From Blastocladiella emersonii ATCC 22665 (lineage: Eukaryota > Fungi > Blastocladiomycota), in assembly GCA_025594325.1 (NCBI GenBank), contig JANHCV010000008.1, positions 1,240,001 to 1,304,000 of the forward strand: a DNA stretch of 64,000 bases, in the 5' to 3' direction. The notes under the pieces are model-generated. The model had not been told where the DNA came from, searched no databases, and saw only the letters and a list, made by a program, of their open reading frames with translations. The position numbers were made by a program, and so were the translations under genes. Shown here one piece after another: positions 46,653 to 57,914 of this stretch (position 1 is its first letter; each line of letters begins with the position of its first letter).

Positions 46653-48440
46653 ATGCATCAGACTATGTTAGCATCATGCAATGCGCTTATCGTGGCTCCG
46701 CGGACCTTGGCCCCGCTCGGACCGTCGGCCGTGGTTCCGACCCGCGACCTTCCCGCGGAGCCGGCAAGTCCGAGCGAGTCGCAGCTCGTCGCTTCAATGA
46801 ACTCGCGGTTGATTCTGGTTCACGAAGCTTTGCGCGATCGTTTGCCGCGCATCTCAGAGTCGAAGCTGGGACGGCGTGACCGCTTGAAGCCAGCTCACGA
46901 GTGCGCTCCTCCGCCAGCGTCACGCGACGGTCGATCTACTTCACTTCCCGTGTCTACTCGCTCGCTCCCGCCCAGACCGCCCGCTCCGCCGGCACCTCGC
47001 AAACCACCAGCCCCACTCGTTCAAAAATCTGTCAATGCCATGTCGCTCGCAGCGCTCAAGGCGTACGAGGCCCTCGGCGACTGCGGCGCACCGGAAACGT
47101 TTCTCTTTCGCCGAGTCAACGAGTTGGTGCCAAAGTTCCGACCCAATCGCACCCGCTCCAAGCCGGACATTGAGGAGCCGCGCGAATTCTTTGACGCGCT
47201 GCGCGCTGCCGTGCCCAACGTGCCGCTCGCGTCGCTGCTCATTGCCGCGCGGTCCAAGGTCTCGTCGCTTCTCTACTGCACCTATGCCGTGGTGCTGTCC
47301 GACACGATGCCCGACTCGGACGTCGAGCGCATTTTCATCGACATCGTCAACGGCACGTGGAGGCCCCTATGGGTCGAGCGGTGGGAGGAGCTCAAACCGC
47401 GCTCGACTTCAAGCAGGGGCATCGCCGTCTACTTTGAGATCTTCTGTCGCCACCTCAGTAAGGTAATCGACCTCACGCGGGCGGTCCTGTACAAGGAGCA
47501 AATCAAGCACGTCTTCAATATCCGCGTCTTCAAGCGGTTCGGATGGAGCCCCGAATCCGTGCGCTGCAAGATCATGGACCCGAACTCGTCGCTCGCGGAC
47601 ATGGTCGACGAGTACGGGCGGCTGCGCGAGCCGAGCCGCGAGCGGAGGCCGAGGTCTAGCTCAAGATCACGTCGTTCCCGGTCGCGCTCGTTCTCTCGAT
47701 CACGGTCTCGCTCGAGGTCACCACGCTCTCGCCCGCGCTCCTTCTCTCGATCACGGTCTCGCTCGAGGGCACCTCGCTCCCGCCCGCGCTCCTACTCTCG
47801 ATCACGGTCTTGCTCTCGTCATCGTTCGCGCTCGTTGTCATTGGCTCGCTTCAGGGCGCATTCTCGCTCCAGTTCGCGTTCTTGCTCCAGATCGTACTCG
47901 CGCTCGAGACCACGCCCGTCCTCACTCGCACACCAGCTTCCCTGCCCTCCCCCGCCTCTCGTACGCGTCTCCATGTGGCCGACGCAACCACCGCTTTCTC
48001 GAGCTACGGTTCCGAACCCGAGCGCTTCGAAATCGGTGTCTTCAAAACGAGCGGGGTGCCCTCTCTGCTTCCACAACGCGGGCGAATCTTCAGATTCTCC
48101 GCCTGTGGAGCATGCGCCAGCTGCGTGTCCGAGTCTACTTCAGCTGGCTCACAACGCGCGGCTGCTCGTTGCGACGGCCCGCGCCCCCGGGGTTGACCTT
48201 ACCGCTTCCGCCGTCGAGCCAGACGATGACGCTGGGATCCAACGGGCGATGACCCGGTGGATGAAAGAGCTCGGAGCGGCCAAGTTGCCGCAAGACGCGG
48301 ATCCCGACCAAGTGGATCAAGTCAAGCGCGCGCGCAGCTTCCTGAGCGCGCTGTTGTGGTTGCCGGCGACGCTTCGAGTACCGGCTCAACGCGCCCTCTG
48401 GAAGTCGGTTGTCAAAGAGCCTTCACTCTCGAGTGAATAG
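46653..48440 (+). CDS. Gag-like family member H (subgroup I), 595 aa, intact, long RS-repeat linker
   Basis: Core collinear with A and N; RS tract about 47640-47930; knuckle CPLC-x14-H-x4-C; C-terminal helical domain ending ...ALWKSVV. Confidence 0.8.
   Translation: MHQTMLASCNALIVAPRTLAPLGPSAVVPTRDLPAEPASPSESQLVASMNSRLILVHEALRDRLPRISESKLGRRDRLKPAHECAPPPASRDGRSTSLPVSTRSLPPRPPAPPAPRKPPAPLVQKSVNAMSLAALKAYEALGDCGAPETFLFRRVNELVPKFRPNRTRSKPDIEEPREFFDALRAAVPNVPLASLLIAARSKVSSLLYCTYAVVLSDTMPDSDVERIFIDIVNGTWRPLWVERWEELKPRSTSSRGIAVYFEIFCRHLSKVIDLTRAVLYKEQIKHVFNIRVFKRFGWSPESVRCKIMDPNSSLADMVDEYGRLREPSRERRPRSSSRSRRSRSRSFSRSRSRSRSPRSRPRSFSRSRSRSRAPRSRPRSYSRSRSCSRHRSRSLSLARFRAHSRSSSRSCSRSYSRSRPRPSSLAHQLPCPPPPLVRVSMWPTQPPLSRATVPNPSASKSVSSKRAGCPLCFHNAGESSDSPPVEHAPAACPSLLQLAHNARLLVATARAPGVDLTASAVEPDDDAGIQRAMTRWMKELGAAKLPQDADPDQVDQVKRARSFLSALLWLPATLRVPAQRALWKSVVKEPSLSSE
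47691..47815. repeat. 51-bp coding tandem repeat (about 2.4 units) building the RS tract of member H
   Basis: T(T/A)CTCTCGATCACGGTCT starts at 47691, 47742 and 47793 and encodes FSRSRSRSRSPRSRPRS-like 17-aa units. Confidence 0.85.
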
Positions 48441-48696
48441 AAGTTTTGAACCGAGTGAGCCCGGCTGCACCTGTCGCACGTCCCGAGTGCGAGGCCAAGC
48501 GTGAGACGTCATCGCGACGGCAACCAGCTCTCGATGTGCCTCGGGCCAGGGGAGAAACGGGGGTGTTCGCGCACATACGCGTCTTTCATTCCACACGTGT
48601 GTGGCGCCACGTTGACTCCGTGTTTGCTTGATCCGCGACGCGTCTCGGCCCTCCGCCCTCCGCCCTGCACCACGCAGCAAATGAAGCACACTACCC

Positions 48697-50391
48697 ATGG
48701 CAACTACATGCAACTTGCTCACTGGGAAACCTGAAACGGAACTGGACCATGCGCGCGCACTTGTCGCGACTTTCATGACGACACCAACCGCGGTCAGCGA
48801 CACGCGCGCTGTCGCCGCCGCGGCCACGCTCTGCTCCATTGATCTGCGCCTCCAGCTGGTTCGCACGGCTCTCGACAGCCAATACATTGATTCTACGGCG
48901 CGGGATCACCAGGATCAAAGCACTGCATTACGTGCGGACCTCGTGGCTCGGCTGGCCGAGTTGGAGCAGCTCCAGGCGCGCCTAAGTTCTCCGGCGACTA
49001 TCGAAACGAAACCGAGCTGTGCTGATGCCACCCTATCGCCAACGCTTTCCTCGCACCAGTTGTCGCGCGAGCGGGACTCTCATCGCGCTTCGTCCTCGGA
49101 TCGAGCGTCGCGGAACAAACCTGGATCGCAATCAAGAAGCGCGTCGCCCCGCGTAGCTTCTCCTGAACCTCGAGCGTCTTCTGATCGCGCATCGCGGAGC
49201 TCGTCTGACTCGCAATCAAGTAACAAACGGGTTCGAGTCGCGTCGCCTGACGATCGAGCACTAGCTGGGCCCGGACTATATCAAAATATGTATGCTCTTC
49301 GCGCGGCGCCGCCCAGCACTGTTCCGCTGGCCCTGACCGCGCCACGCAATCAACTCTCACTCCGCGCCGACCTCTTCACGCAACTCCGATCGCACGGTCC
49401 GCGCCTTAGTGTGCCTTCGAAGCATCCCGACACCGCGCTTCGCAGCGCCCGCGTGTTTCTCGCCGACGTGCGCCGCATGTTCCGCGACGCTCCGCTCTCG
49501 GCCGTCCTGCTCCAAGCTTACACCAACATGCCGCCCAAGCTGTACTCGTCGTTCGCCGTGTTCCTGCGCGAGAACGCGTCCGACGAGGAGGCCGAGTGGG
49601 TCTTTCTCAATGCCGTCCAACCGAGCAGAAGCGTCTTGCAACGCTTGGAGCCGTAGCTTGCCCTGACGCCTACCCCGGGCCAAAGTGTGGCTCAGTTCTT
49701 TGCCGAATACCGCGCGCGCCTTGACGACGTGGTCCCGCTCACGCTTGTCATTGAATACGAGTGGCACATGAAGAAGCTTCTGCTTGATCGACTGTACTTT
49801 GCGTTCGGCAGGAGCCCCGGCGACTCGCTCGAAATGACGCGGTCGTCGCGCATCTCGCTGTCCGCCATGGGCGCGAAACTCGGCTCGCTTGTCCTTCCCA
49901 CGGACAAGCTCAATCCGTCTCAGTCGAAACGCGCGACAACGGCAGCACCGCCCAAGCCCGCACCGCAACGGGATCGCGAAGTCTCTGCCACCTTCGCCAA
50001 AGCAAACCGTCCCCCGAGCAAGCGTAAGCGCTGCTGTTACTGCAAACGGGTGAAGCACGCGAACAATGTTGCTGAATCGCACGAGACCTCGGCGTGTCCT
50101 GACCTGCAGGACCATCGATCGATTGCTCGGATCCTTGTTGGCATCGGCCACGATCTGTGGGCGCCAAGTCCTGTTCGGCCAAAACCTTTTGAGCCCAAGG
50201 CCGATATCCGTGGCAAAGCGCTGCAATGGATCGCGTCGGCTCCCCAGATGCAGATTCCAAGGGGCACGGCGGTCGGCAAGGCTGAGGAGATCAAAGCTGG
50301 ACGGAGGGTGGCTGCAGCGCTGCTTTCCTTGCCCAAGCACCTCGCGGATCGCATTGTCCTTGGAGTTTGGGACGAGATCCTTGCGCTGTGA
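48697..50391 (+). pseudogene. Gag-like family member I (subgroup IV), single in-frame TAG at 49654-49656
   Basis: RLEP*LALTP aligns with RLEQWLALKP (E) and VLELWLAIVP (L). The downstream frame is intact, with knuckle CCYC-x12-H-x4-C and IPRGT. Confidence 0.8.
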
Positions 50392-50792
50392 TGAGTGAAT
50401 ACAGGATTTTTTCTACGCGCATCCACGACAGAGTAAGCTGTACACGTTGCGCATGTGCGGTACGCCCACGTTCGGTGGTTGTCGCTGCTTTGCTGGATTA
50501 TGAGCGCGGGTCGCTGCGTGTGGACAGTTCCCCTCGATGCGCCCACGTGGTGGTCTTTGAGATGAGACGGACGGCAGCGCGGCCTGAGCGGGACGCGTCG
50601 AGAAAACACGTGTTCTGTTCCCACGTGTTTCAAAGTCTCGCCCGCCTTCCTTGTCGCGCCGCCGTATCTTCACGCTCGCTCCTCCCATCTACCACCACCA
50701 CTATACTTGAGGCACCTAGACGCTTCGCGTCTGGTTTTCAATCGAGGGCTAAAGCCCGCGCCACGTTGGGCGCTTGCGCCGTTTCGCGCGTG

Positions 50793-50837
50793 GCAGCTTC
50801 GCGCGTCGCAGCTTTGCGCGTCGCAGCTTTGCGCGTT
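50793..50837. repeat. 15-bp tandem repeat, 3 units
   Basis: GCAGCTT(C/T)GCGCGT(C/T) at 50793, 50808 and 50823. Confidence 0.85.
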
Positions 50838-51098
50838 CCCCTGCTGCGCGATGCGCGCGCTTCAACAAAGGATGGTGCGGTTGGTCGCTCGCGTTGAGTG
50901 GCGGCAGGGCACCGTCATGTGTCACCGGCGCGGCATCAGCAATCGCGCTGCAGCGAGGGCGCCAAGCAAGCTCCTGCATGGCGCTCGAGGCGATGGCCGT
51001 CGCGGCAGGAGCGCGAGGCGTGGATCGATGAGTTCGTCTCAGTAAAGCTGTTTGAACCACGCGACGAGTGGTGCGTCCACGATGGCGGCCACGGTGCT

Positions 51099-51581
51099 TC
51101 ATGTGTTTTGGGTTGAGAAGGCGCTCGGCGAGCGATCCGGTGACGCTGGTGCGGAGCCCGCCCCCCGATCTAGCCCTTGTCGACCGCCGCGAGGGCGTTT
51201 ACGATGCGGATGTCGTCCAGTGCCGCGGAGACGATTGCGCGCGAAGAGTGTGCACTCAAACGCGTACGCTTGAGTGTCGGCGACCTTGCCGCCAGTTTTT
51301 GGGCATTCGGCGCAGTTGGGGGACTCGTAGCGGTGCGGCCAGAGCTGGTGCAAACAGCCGCGGGTCGGCAGCTGGCCTGCGAGCGCGCGGAGCTGGAAGC
51401 ACGGGAGCGAGTTCGCGGTGAGGGACTCGCTCGGGTGGATGCGGCGCGTGCTGCCCCGAAGCGCAGTGACAAGGGCTGGGACATTGATGGGGGAGGACGT
51501 GATGCCAGCGGACGCGGTCAGAGCGAGCAGCGTGTTGTGTCGCGCGTCGTGCAGGCGGCGGAGAGCGCGTCGCGGGACTGA
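51099..51581 (-). pseudogene. Possible divergent 3' fragment of a Gag-like member (J), cut by the Harbinger left end
   Basis: An open frame begins at the transposon boundary and runs to CAECPKTGGKVADTQAYAFEC (CxxC-x12 spacing, His replaced). Similarity is weak. Confidence 0.3.
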
Positions 51582-51715
51582 GGGCCCGTTTGGTTCCGGG
51601 GTGAATCAGGTGGATCAATCGATTTTACACGGTCCGGTGTTCACCCAGCTGAAACGTGGCATTTTCACCCCGTCGCGTTCATCGCGGCGTTTGGTTCAAC
51701 CCCCGGGTGAGCTGA

Positions 51716-52180
51716 ATGGAACCCTCGTCGCTGAATCGCCCGTCTGCTCGCCCCCGAAACCTTCAGGCTGTGCTCCCCGGCCTATATAAACGCCGTTTTC
51801 CTTCGTGGGGCAGCTCGACCACCACCGGCGAGTACTCGCACCTCAAGCAGGACGGCAAGGAGTCTGGTGACGTGGAAGGTGTCGATGGTCAAGACGACGC
51901 GGCCCCCGCCAGCAAGCGCAGCCGCACTTCGGACAGCAGCTCGCGTCGCCTCTCGGACTCGGAATTCCTCATGGGCATCAAGGAGGTGTTCCAGAACGTC
52001 TCGACCGCCGACTCCAAGCCCGTTCTGACCGCCGCACTTGAATGGGTCCAGGACGCGTACAATGACAATGAAGAGTACCAGATCGACGTCGCCACCCGCC
52101 TGACCGAGGATCAAGCGCTTCGCGTCATGGCCGTGTCCGAATCGAAGCGCAAGCGCGTCCTCGAGTTTTTCATTCAGTAG
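51716..52180 (+). pseudogene. C-terminal remnant of the Harbinger second (Myb/SANT-type) ORF
   Basis: Convergent with the transposase and inside the TIRs. The tail IDVATRLTEDQALRVMAVSESKRKRVLEFFIQ resembles such partner proteins. No Trp-spaced Myb domain. TATATAAA at about 51783 lies within the nominal ORF. Confidence 0.55.
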
Positions 52181-52492
52181 CTCTCTCGCACATGTCCCCC
52201 TCCCCTCGCGTTGCTTCCTGGCCTTGTTCTCGCCCATTTGTGTCCAATACATCTGGCTTTGTGTCCATCGTATCTTCAATCGTTACCCTTGGCTCGAAAA
52301 TGACGCGACTCGTTGAGAAACGCGTGGTTCGCAAAGTGTCTCACACGTCACGTGATTGATCGACGCGTCTCCACCGATGCGTTCTGACCTCAGCGACGCG
52401 TCAAATCATCTGGAATCGCTTATCTAACGTTATAGTACTTGACAATCAGTATATTACAGCATGCATGCGGGTACAACAATTATTTCGCGCCT

Positions 52493-53810
52493 TCAAAGAC
52501 GGGTCCCACGAGCGGCCATGACGCGCCTGTACTCGGTCCAAAGAACATTTGCGATGCGGTTCCGAAGCGAGATACCGCGCTGACGAGCTCCGTCCAGGGA
52601 GGCCTCGAGGACAGCGGCCTCGTCGTCCTCCTCGTTCTCGTCGTTCAGGGGCTCGCGCCCACGCACACGCGCCTCACGCGCCGCGTCCCGCGCGCGCCGG
52701 AGCTCCGTCTCGGCGTCGCGAAAGAAGGCGTCGCCGCCTTGGTTCCACTTGTTGATCATGTTGTGCAGCGTGCAGAGCGCGTACACAAGCTTGACTTGAG
52801 TCTTGATTGGGTAGGCCGCGCCAATCGAGAGGACGCGGAACCGCTTCTTGAGCACGCCAAAGATATGCTCAATGGAGTTGCGGAGCGACGCGTGACGCAG
52901 ATTGAAAAGCTCTTCGCGGTTCTTAACTCTACGTACGTTGGTGAAGCAGATGAGATGGCGCCAACGTGATGGTCATGGCAGTGAGAACGTACCCATCCTT
53001 GCCGCGGGCAAACTCGCGAAGATGATAGCGGGTGCCGCTGAAGGGCACGAAGATGGACGTGCGGTTTGCGTAGCCGCCGTCGGCGAGGTAGAAGCGGCCG
53101 GCGGGGATCTTGAACCCACGGGCGAAGGCGTCCGAGAGCACGCGCGAGTCGTGCGCCTTGCCCTCCCACCCTGCGAGAACGTAGGTGAAGTTCAAGTCAA
53201 AGTCGCAGGCAGCGAGGACATTTGAGGAGATGGTCCCCTTGCGGTTTCGGAACGAGTCGTGAAGCTTGGCGGGCACAACAAACGGGATGTGCGTTCCGTC
53301 AAGCGCGCCGACCGCGTTCTGGAACGGAGCGTATTTCGGGTCGTGGGCGATGCGCTCATGCACGGGCGTAGAGTCGGACGGCTGGACAATGAACTCGGGC
53401 ATCAGGCAGTACAGAGCGTCGAGCACCTGCTTCAGAACCCTGGACGCGGTCTCGCCAGAGATTTGGAACCGCTCCCTGAGGTTGCGGTTGGTGCTGCCCT
53501 CGCCGGCCATGACAAGAAAAACCATGAAGCGCGCCTCGACGGACAGCTCGCGGCCGTCGGCGAGAAGGCCACGGTCGCGGAACAGGCGGCAGATGGCCTT
53601 GAAGGTCTCGCGGGGCATACGGGCGATTTCCGAAAAACGCGTTTCGCTGTTGCACGTCAGCAGCTCTTGAACCCACGACTCGCCGGAAAGCGTGGACGTG
53701 CGGATAGGCTCCCACGAGCGGCGCTCGTTGCGAGCAGCGAGACGTCGCAGGAGAGCGAGGGCGGCTGTGAGCATTAGGCCGCGCAGCTTGCGGTTGTATC
53801 CCTTGCCCAT
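52493..53810 (-). CDS. Harbinger transposase, copy 2 (~417 aa), intron 52929-52992, frame intact
   Basis: Same DDE motifs as copy 1. Exon 2 continues KKRFRVL...LCTLHNMI to the stop at 52493. Confidence 0.9.
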
Positions 53811-54026
53811 GTTGTTTGAGGGCTCGAGAACACGATGCGTGAGGTTAGGTGTTGATTCGTTGCAATAAGCGCGGCTGCAAAGAGGTGGGAAAGATTTTAT
53901 TGCGGGGGGGGGGGGGGCGTTCATCCAGCGGGGCGTTTGGTTCGCACGGCCGCTGAGATGAACAGGGGTGAGGTGAAACGTGGCAACTTTTTCAGCTGAT
54001 CCACCTGATCTAAACCAAACGGGCCC

Positions 54027-55111
54027 TAATTCACCGGTCCATGTCCGACTTGGAGGCCGAGAACGCGTTTTGCCGCGCGGCCGACATCGAGTGGAACAGC
54101 AGATGGGTCGGCGTGTGGCTTTCGCTGGCCCCGTGGTCCCGCAGCGAGCTTGGTGCATTCTATCGCTTGTTTTGCGCGCGGCTGCGTGAGGTGGTCGCAG
54201 TCACATCCAAGCTCGAGCGGGAGCGGAACATCAAACTTCTTTTCGTCGAAAAAATCGAGAGCAAGTTCGGTCCAGCCCCAGAATCTGTGCACGCAATGGT
54301 GGAAAATGACGAAAGATCGCTTGCCCAACTCGTTGCCGAATACGACCGTGCCTTGCGCAATGACTCGCATCTGGCGAGTGCAACTGTAGCTCTCACTCCT
54401 TTCTCGATCTCAAAACGACCAGACTCGCGCTTACCGCTCGTCGCGCCGGCGCCTGCTCACTCTCGATCAGCCTCACGATCTCGGAAGCGACCAAGGTCGC
54501 CTTCTCGCTCGCGTTCCAAAATTCTTATCTGCCCTGCACCGGTTCCGCGAGCTCCTGTTCGGTCGCGCTCAAGATCTCTCTCAAGCTCGCGCCCACGGCC
54601 TCGCTCGCTCTCGCGGGATCACTCCCAATCACAATTGCAATCTAAGTCGAAACTTGCGCGATCCTCAACTCATCGCCGTGACCTGTCGCCCCGGAGCCGT
54701 TCTCGCCAACGATTCCAATCGCCCGCGCGTTCTGAAGCCGCAGCAAACTGCCACCTGTGCTTTTATCCAACCGCCCGGTCTGACCACGACTCGATCCCAA
54801 TTCATTGCACTGAGGCTTGTCCGCGCTTAGAAGAGCCGGGGAAGCTCGCCCGCACGTTTGTGTCGGCAGTACGCGCCTTTCGGCTCGAAAGTCCGGCGGT
54901 ATCGCAGCCTGAAGCCGACTTGGCCAAATTGACGGGAGCGTGGCTGGATCAGCTCCGCGCGGCGCGGATCCCGCCCAGAACCTCTCGCGAAACTTCGCGC
55001 GACATGAAGTGGTGCCGCGGCATGCTCGGGGTATTGCTCAAGCTCTCCTCCGCGCGGCAGGATCGTGTTTTGCGCGACATGTGGGATGAGGTTGCGAAGC
55101 TGGTCGAGTAG
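54027..55111 (+). pseudogene. Gag-like family member K (subgroup II), 5' half removed at the Harbinger right end
   Basis: IHRSMSDLEAENAFCRAADIEW begins immediately after the TIR and aligns to LRPSMSNYEAKNAFRRAVDPAW (O). RS tract; knuckle CHLC-x14-H-x4-C; DMKWCRGML. Confidence 0.85.
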
Positions 55112-55705
55112 CTGTGCTGCCGCGCGATCGTTCGTTCGATCTCCAGCCGCGAGTTGTGGAACGTCGTCAAAGGTGAGATGCTGGGGGAAAAAAAAAACTG
55201 ATTATTTAATTTGCACACGCAGGAGTAGTTCAGCGAGCCGACTTGCGACGCATGATCCCCGACGTCCCGCGCCAGTGCTGCTGAATGCGTACTCTAACCG
55301 TGCGGTTCACTGAGCCCACGACGGGGAATGGCGCCGAACTCACGCGCGCCATGGGGGCAGCGGCCCAATCAGCTTGAAAATTCAAGGTCCCGCGAGGGCT
55401 TGCGTACATCGCAGAAAACAGCGATAAACGCGTGGGGATTGTTGAACGCGCTGCTACGGCTCCCGGCTTGTGTGCCTATCCGCCCTGCATCACCTGTTGA
55501 AGTCGAACGAGGATAAGATGCCGCATGATAGATACATGAGCTATCTTGTAAATGTAGTGGCGGCGCGGTCGAACGCTCGCGTGGCTCACCGTCGAGTGGG
55601 TAGCACGTAATGTGGCGCAGCTCGAGCAAGCCGTTGAAAAGCCGCCAACCTCGTCGCCACGGCATGCCCCGCTCCCAAATGCTGCTGCACCATCGCGATA
55701 AACAA

Positions 55706-57277
55706 ATGGAGACTTCATGCAACGTGGCCGGTGACTATCGGGATATCAGCTTGGACCGTGCTCACGCACTCGTCGCGCCGTTCCTGGCGGTTCGATCTAC
55801 CAGCCCTCCTCGCGACTTGGCCGAGGCGCGGGAACTCTCTTTTGCCGCAACGCTTTGCACTATGGACCTGCGTATTCGGTTGATGAGGGCTATTCTCGCT
55901 CCGCAACTTGCTCAGCCAAAGCCGCCCACCGTCGATTTGGCGACCCAGAGCGCTCTTTCACAGCAGCTGCGGGACTTGGAACTGCTCCAAGAGCGCTTGA
56001 GCTCGTCTTCATGTGCCAAGCGTACGACCCTCGCTTTGTCCAGCATCGCTTGCGGCGCCACCTCAGCCATTTCTAATCCGTCACAACCTTTACTCCAAAC
56101 ACACCATCGACGTTTAACGGTGTCCGAGCAACCGAATCAAACGCAAGAGCTTTCCATGCCAACTTCTCGTACATACATCTCAAGCCCGGCTCCGTCGACC
56201 TTACCCGTTCCGAGTCCGCCCGCTGTGACTCGTACGGCTTCGGGCACCTCAGATTCCTCGTCTGCTTCTATTACGGCCTTTTGTCGCTCTCTCGCTCAAA
56301 ACCGCAATCAAGTCTTTTTCACGATCAAGGCAAGCGGCCCGCGCTATCCCACTGCACTCCTGCCTCCCGCCGAAGCGGTTGCCCAGGCCCAGTCCTTTCT
56401 TGACGACCTTCGACGCCTTGTACCAACGACGCCGCTTGCGGAGGCACTTCTCCAGTCGTACATTAATTTGCCGCGCCGGCTGTACCGTTCGGTTGCCGTC
56501 CGCCTGCGCGAGACTTCGTCCGATGAGGAGGCCCAGCGCGTGTTCCTTGCTGCTGCCAACCCGCGCACCCCAGTTCCGCGTGTTCTCGAGCTGTGGCTCG
56601 CGATCGTCCCACAACCAAACAAAACCGTGGCCGAGTTCTTTGCCCGATACCGCACGCTGCTTCGTGGTCTCGTCACGCTCTCGCCCGAACTCGAGTCTTC
56701 TTGGCACATGAAAAAGCTGTTTGCCGACAAGCTCTTTATCGCGTTCGGGTACAACCCTGGCGACACGTTGGCCGTGGTCCGTGCGCCAGAAGTCTCGCTC
56801 TCGGACATGGCCGCCTCGCTGGGCGAGCTCCGGATTCCCGCTCACGGACCTCCGGCGGATCGGTCAACCCGATCTGTGGCAGTCAATTTAAGCTCGCGCG
56901 GCACCGCCGGCACTACTTGCGTCTACTGCGTTCGAGCCCAGCCGCGCAACGTCGACCCGTCGCACGACACTGCCGCGTGTCCGATCTTGAGCAATCCCCG
57001 GTCTATCGCCTTGACGGTCGTGACTGCAGCGCGTGCGCTCGACCTCCCTCGCCCGCCTCGCGCTGAGCGCTCGGCTCCTGGCGAGCAGGTTCGCACGGCA
57101 GCACTCAAGTACCTCAGCCTCGTGCGAGACCGCGACATTCCCAGGGGCACGGCGTCCGTCAAGGCGGCGGCTATCAAGGCGGGGCGAGCCAGCGTGGCCG
57201 CGCTCCATGGGCTCACGGATTCCATGTTTGAGCGGGTCACGGCGGATGTCTGGAAGGCGGTCCTCGCTATCTCTTAG
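55706..57277 (+). CDS. Gag-like family member L (subgroup V), 523 aa, intact; closest paralog of G
   Basis: Identical start context CGATAAACAAATGGAGACTTCATGCAACGTG; SWHMKKLFADKLFIAFGYNPGDTLAVVR identical to G; knuckle CVYC-x11-H-x4-C. Confidence 0.8.
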   Translation: METSCNVAGDYRDISLDRAHALVAPFLAVRSTSPPRDLAEARELSFAATLCTMDLRIRLMRAILAPQLAQPKPPTVDLATQSALSQQLRDLELLQERLSSSSCAKRTTLALSSIACGATSAISNPSQPLLQTHHRRLTVSEQPNQTQELSMPTSRTYISSPAPSTLPVPSPPAVTRTASGTSDSSSASITAFCRSLAQNRNQVFFTIKASGPRYPTALLPPAEAVAQAQSFLDDLRRLVPTTPLAEALLQSYINLPRRLYRSVAVRLRETSSDEEAQRVFLAAANPRTPVPRVLELWLAIVPQPNKTVAEFFARYRTLLRGLVTLSPELESSWHMKKLFADKLFIAFGYNPGDTLAVVRAPEVSLSDMAASLGELRIPAHGPPADRSTRSVAVNLSSRGTAGTTCVYCVRAQPRNVDPSHDTAACPILSNPRSIALTVVTAARALDLPRPPRAERSAPGEQVRTAALKYLSLVRDRDIPRGTASVKAAAIKAGRASVAALHGLTDSMFERVTADVWKAVLAIS

Positions 57278-57439
57278 AATACATGCTATCGTACCTGTGC
57301 TTCTCTCCGTTTCGGGTTCCTCGTCCTGGCTTGTGTTTCCGTCGCGCGGACCAGCCGCCGAGTTCCCCTGCTCGCGCCGCAGCATTAGGGGCAACACAGC
57401 GGTCGTCGACCTGCGTCCGTTGGGTTTTCGCAACGGCGG

Positions 57440-57790
57440 TCTTAGGTTTTGCCGGCAGCTCGTGGTGGGTGGCAATCCTTCCCCGCCACACGCATTAGCA
57501 GACTGCCCTGACCTTCGAGACCCTCGGCCGATGGCTGCCACGATTGTCACGGTAGCGCGAGGCGTTCACGCGCCAAGTCCTCCCCGTCTTTGGAGACCGT
57601 TCGAACGCAACAACCGCTCCGTTACACCGCTTTGTCCGGGACGCAAAGCGGTGGCTCGAATTCGCTCACGACTTGCGTATCCCCAAAGGCACCCCGCTTC
57701 ATGATGCAAGGGCGATCATGTCGGCTCGGGATCAGAAATTGCTGCGTCTCGCACGCAACGGTCTTAAATCTGTTGCGCGGCGGATGCGGC
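57440..57790 (+). pseudogene. Gag-like family remnant M (subgroup IV knuckle and C-terminal domain only)
   Basis: HALADCPDLRDPRPMAATIVTVARGVHAPSPPR...PFE vs HETSACPDLQDHRSIARILVGIGHDLWAPSPVRPKPFE (I). IPKGT lies in a shifted frame. Confidence 0.7.
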
Positions 57791-57914
57791 GCGACGCGCC
57801 TCAGTCTCCGGCTCACGTGTTGGGCGAAGGAGGTCGTTCCCTGGTGCTCGCCCGACGCGCTTTCCCGCTTCTCTCGTGTCGATCTCCCCGCTGCTCATGC
57901 GCACACTCAACTCT

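Larger units (their letters stand above)
51582..54026 (-). mobile_element. PIF/Harbinger DNA transposon, copy 2 (2445 bp, both TIRs present)
   Basis: Perfect 14-bp TIR GGGCCCGTTTGGTT (51582-51595) / AACCAAACGGGCCC (54013-54026) plus subterminal inverted ATCAGGTGGATCA. Flanks are TGA (left) and TAA (right). Confidence 0.93.

Noticed and set aside
47810-48196. Hydrophobic membrane-like ORF (and the acidic antisense ORF 47656-47841)
   Set aside because: Alternative-frame readings of the RS repeat tract of member H.
49654-49656. RIP-type mutagenesis as the cause of the nonsense codons
   Set aside because: Too few CpA-to-TpA cases. The two Harbinger copies remain about 99% identical and GC-rich, and their differences are mainly at CpG.
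52929-54158. 409-aa transposase ORF starting at 54158
   Set aside because: The N-terminal extension crosses the TIR into flanking member K DNA. The real start must lie inside the element (about 53810).
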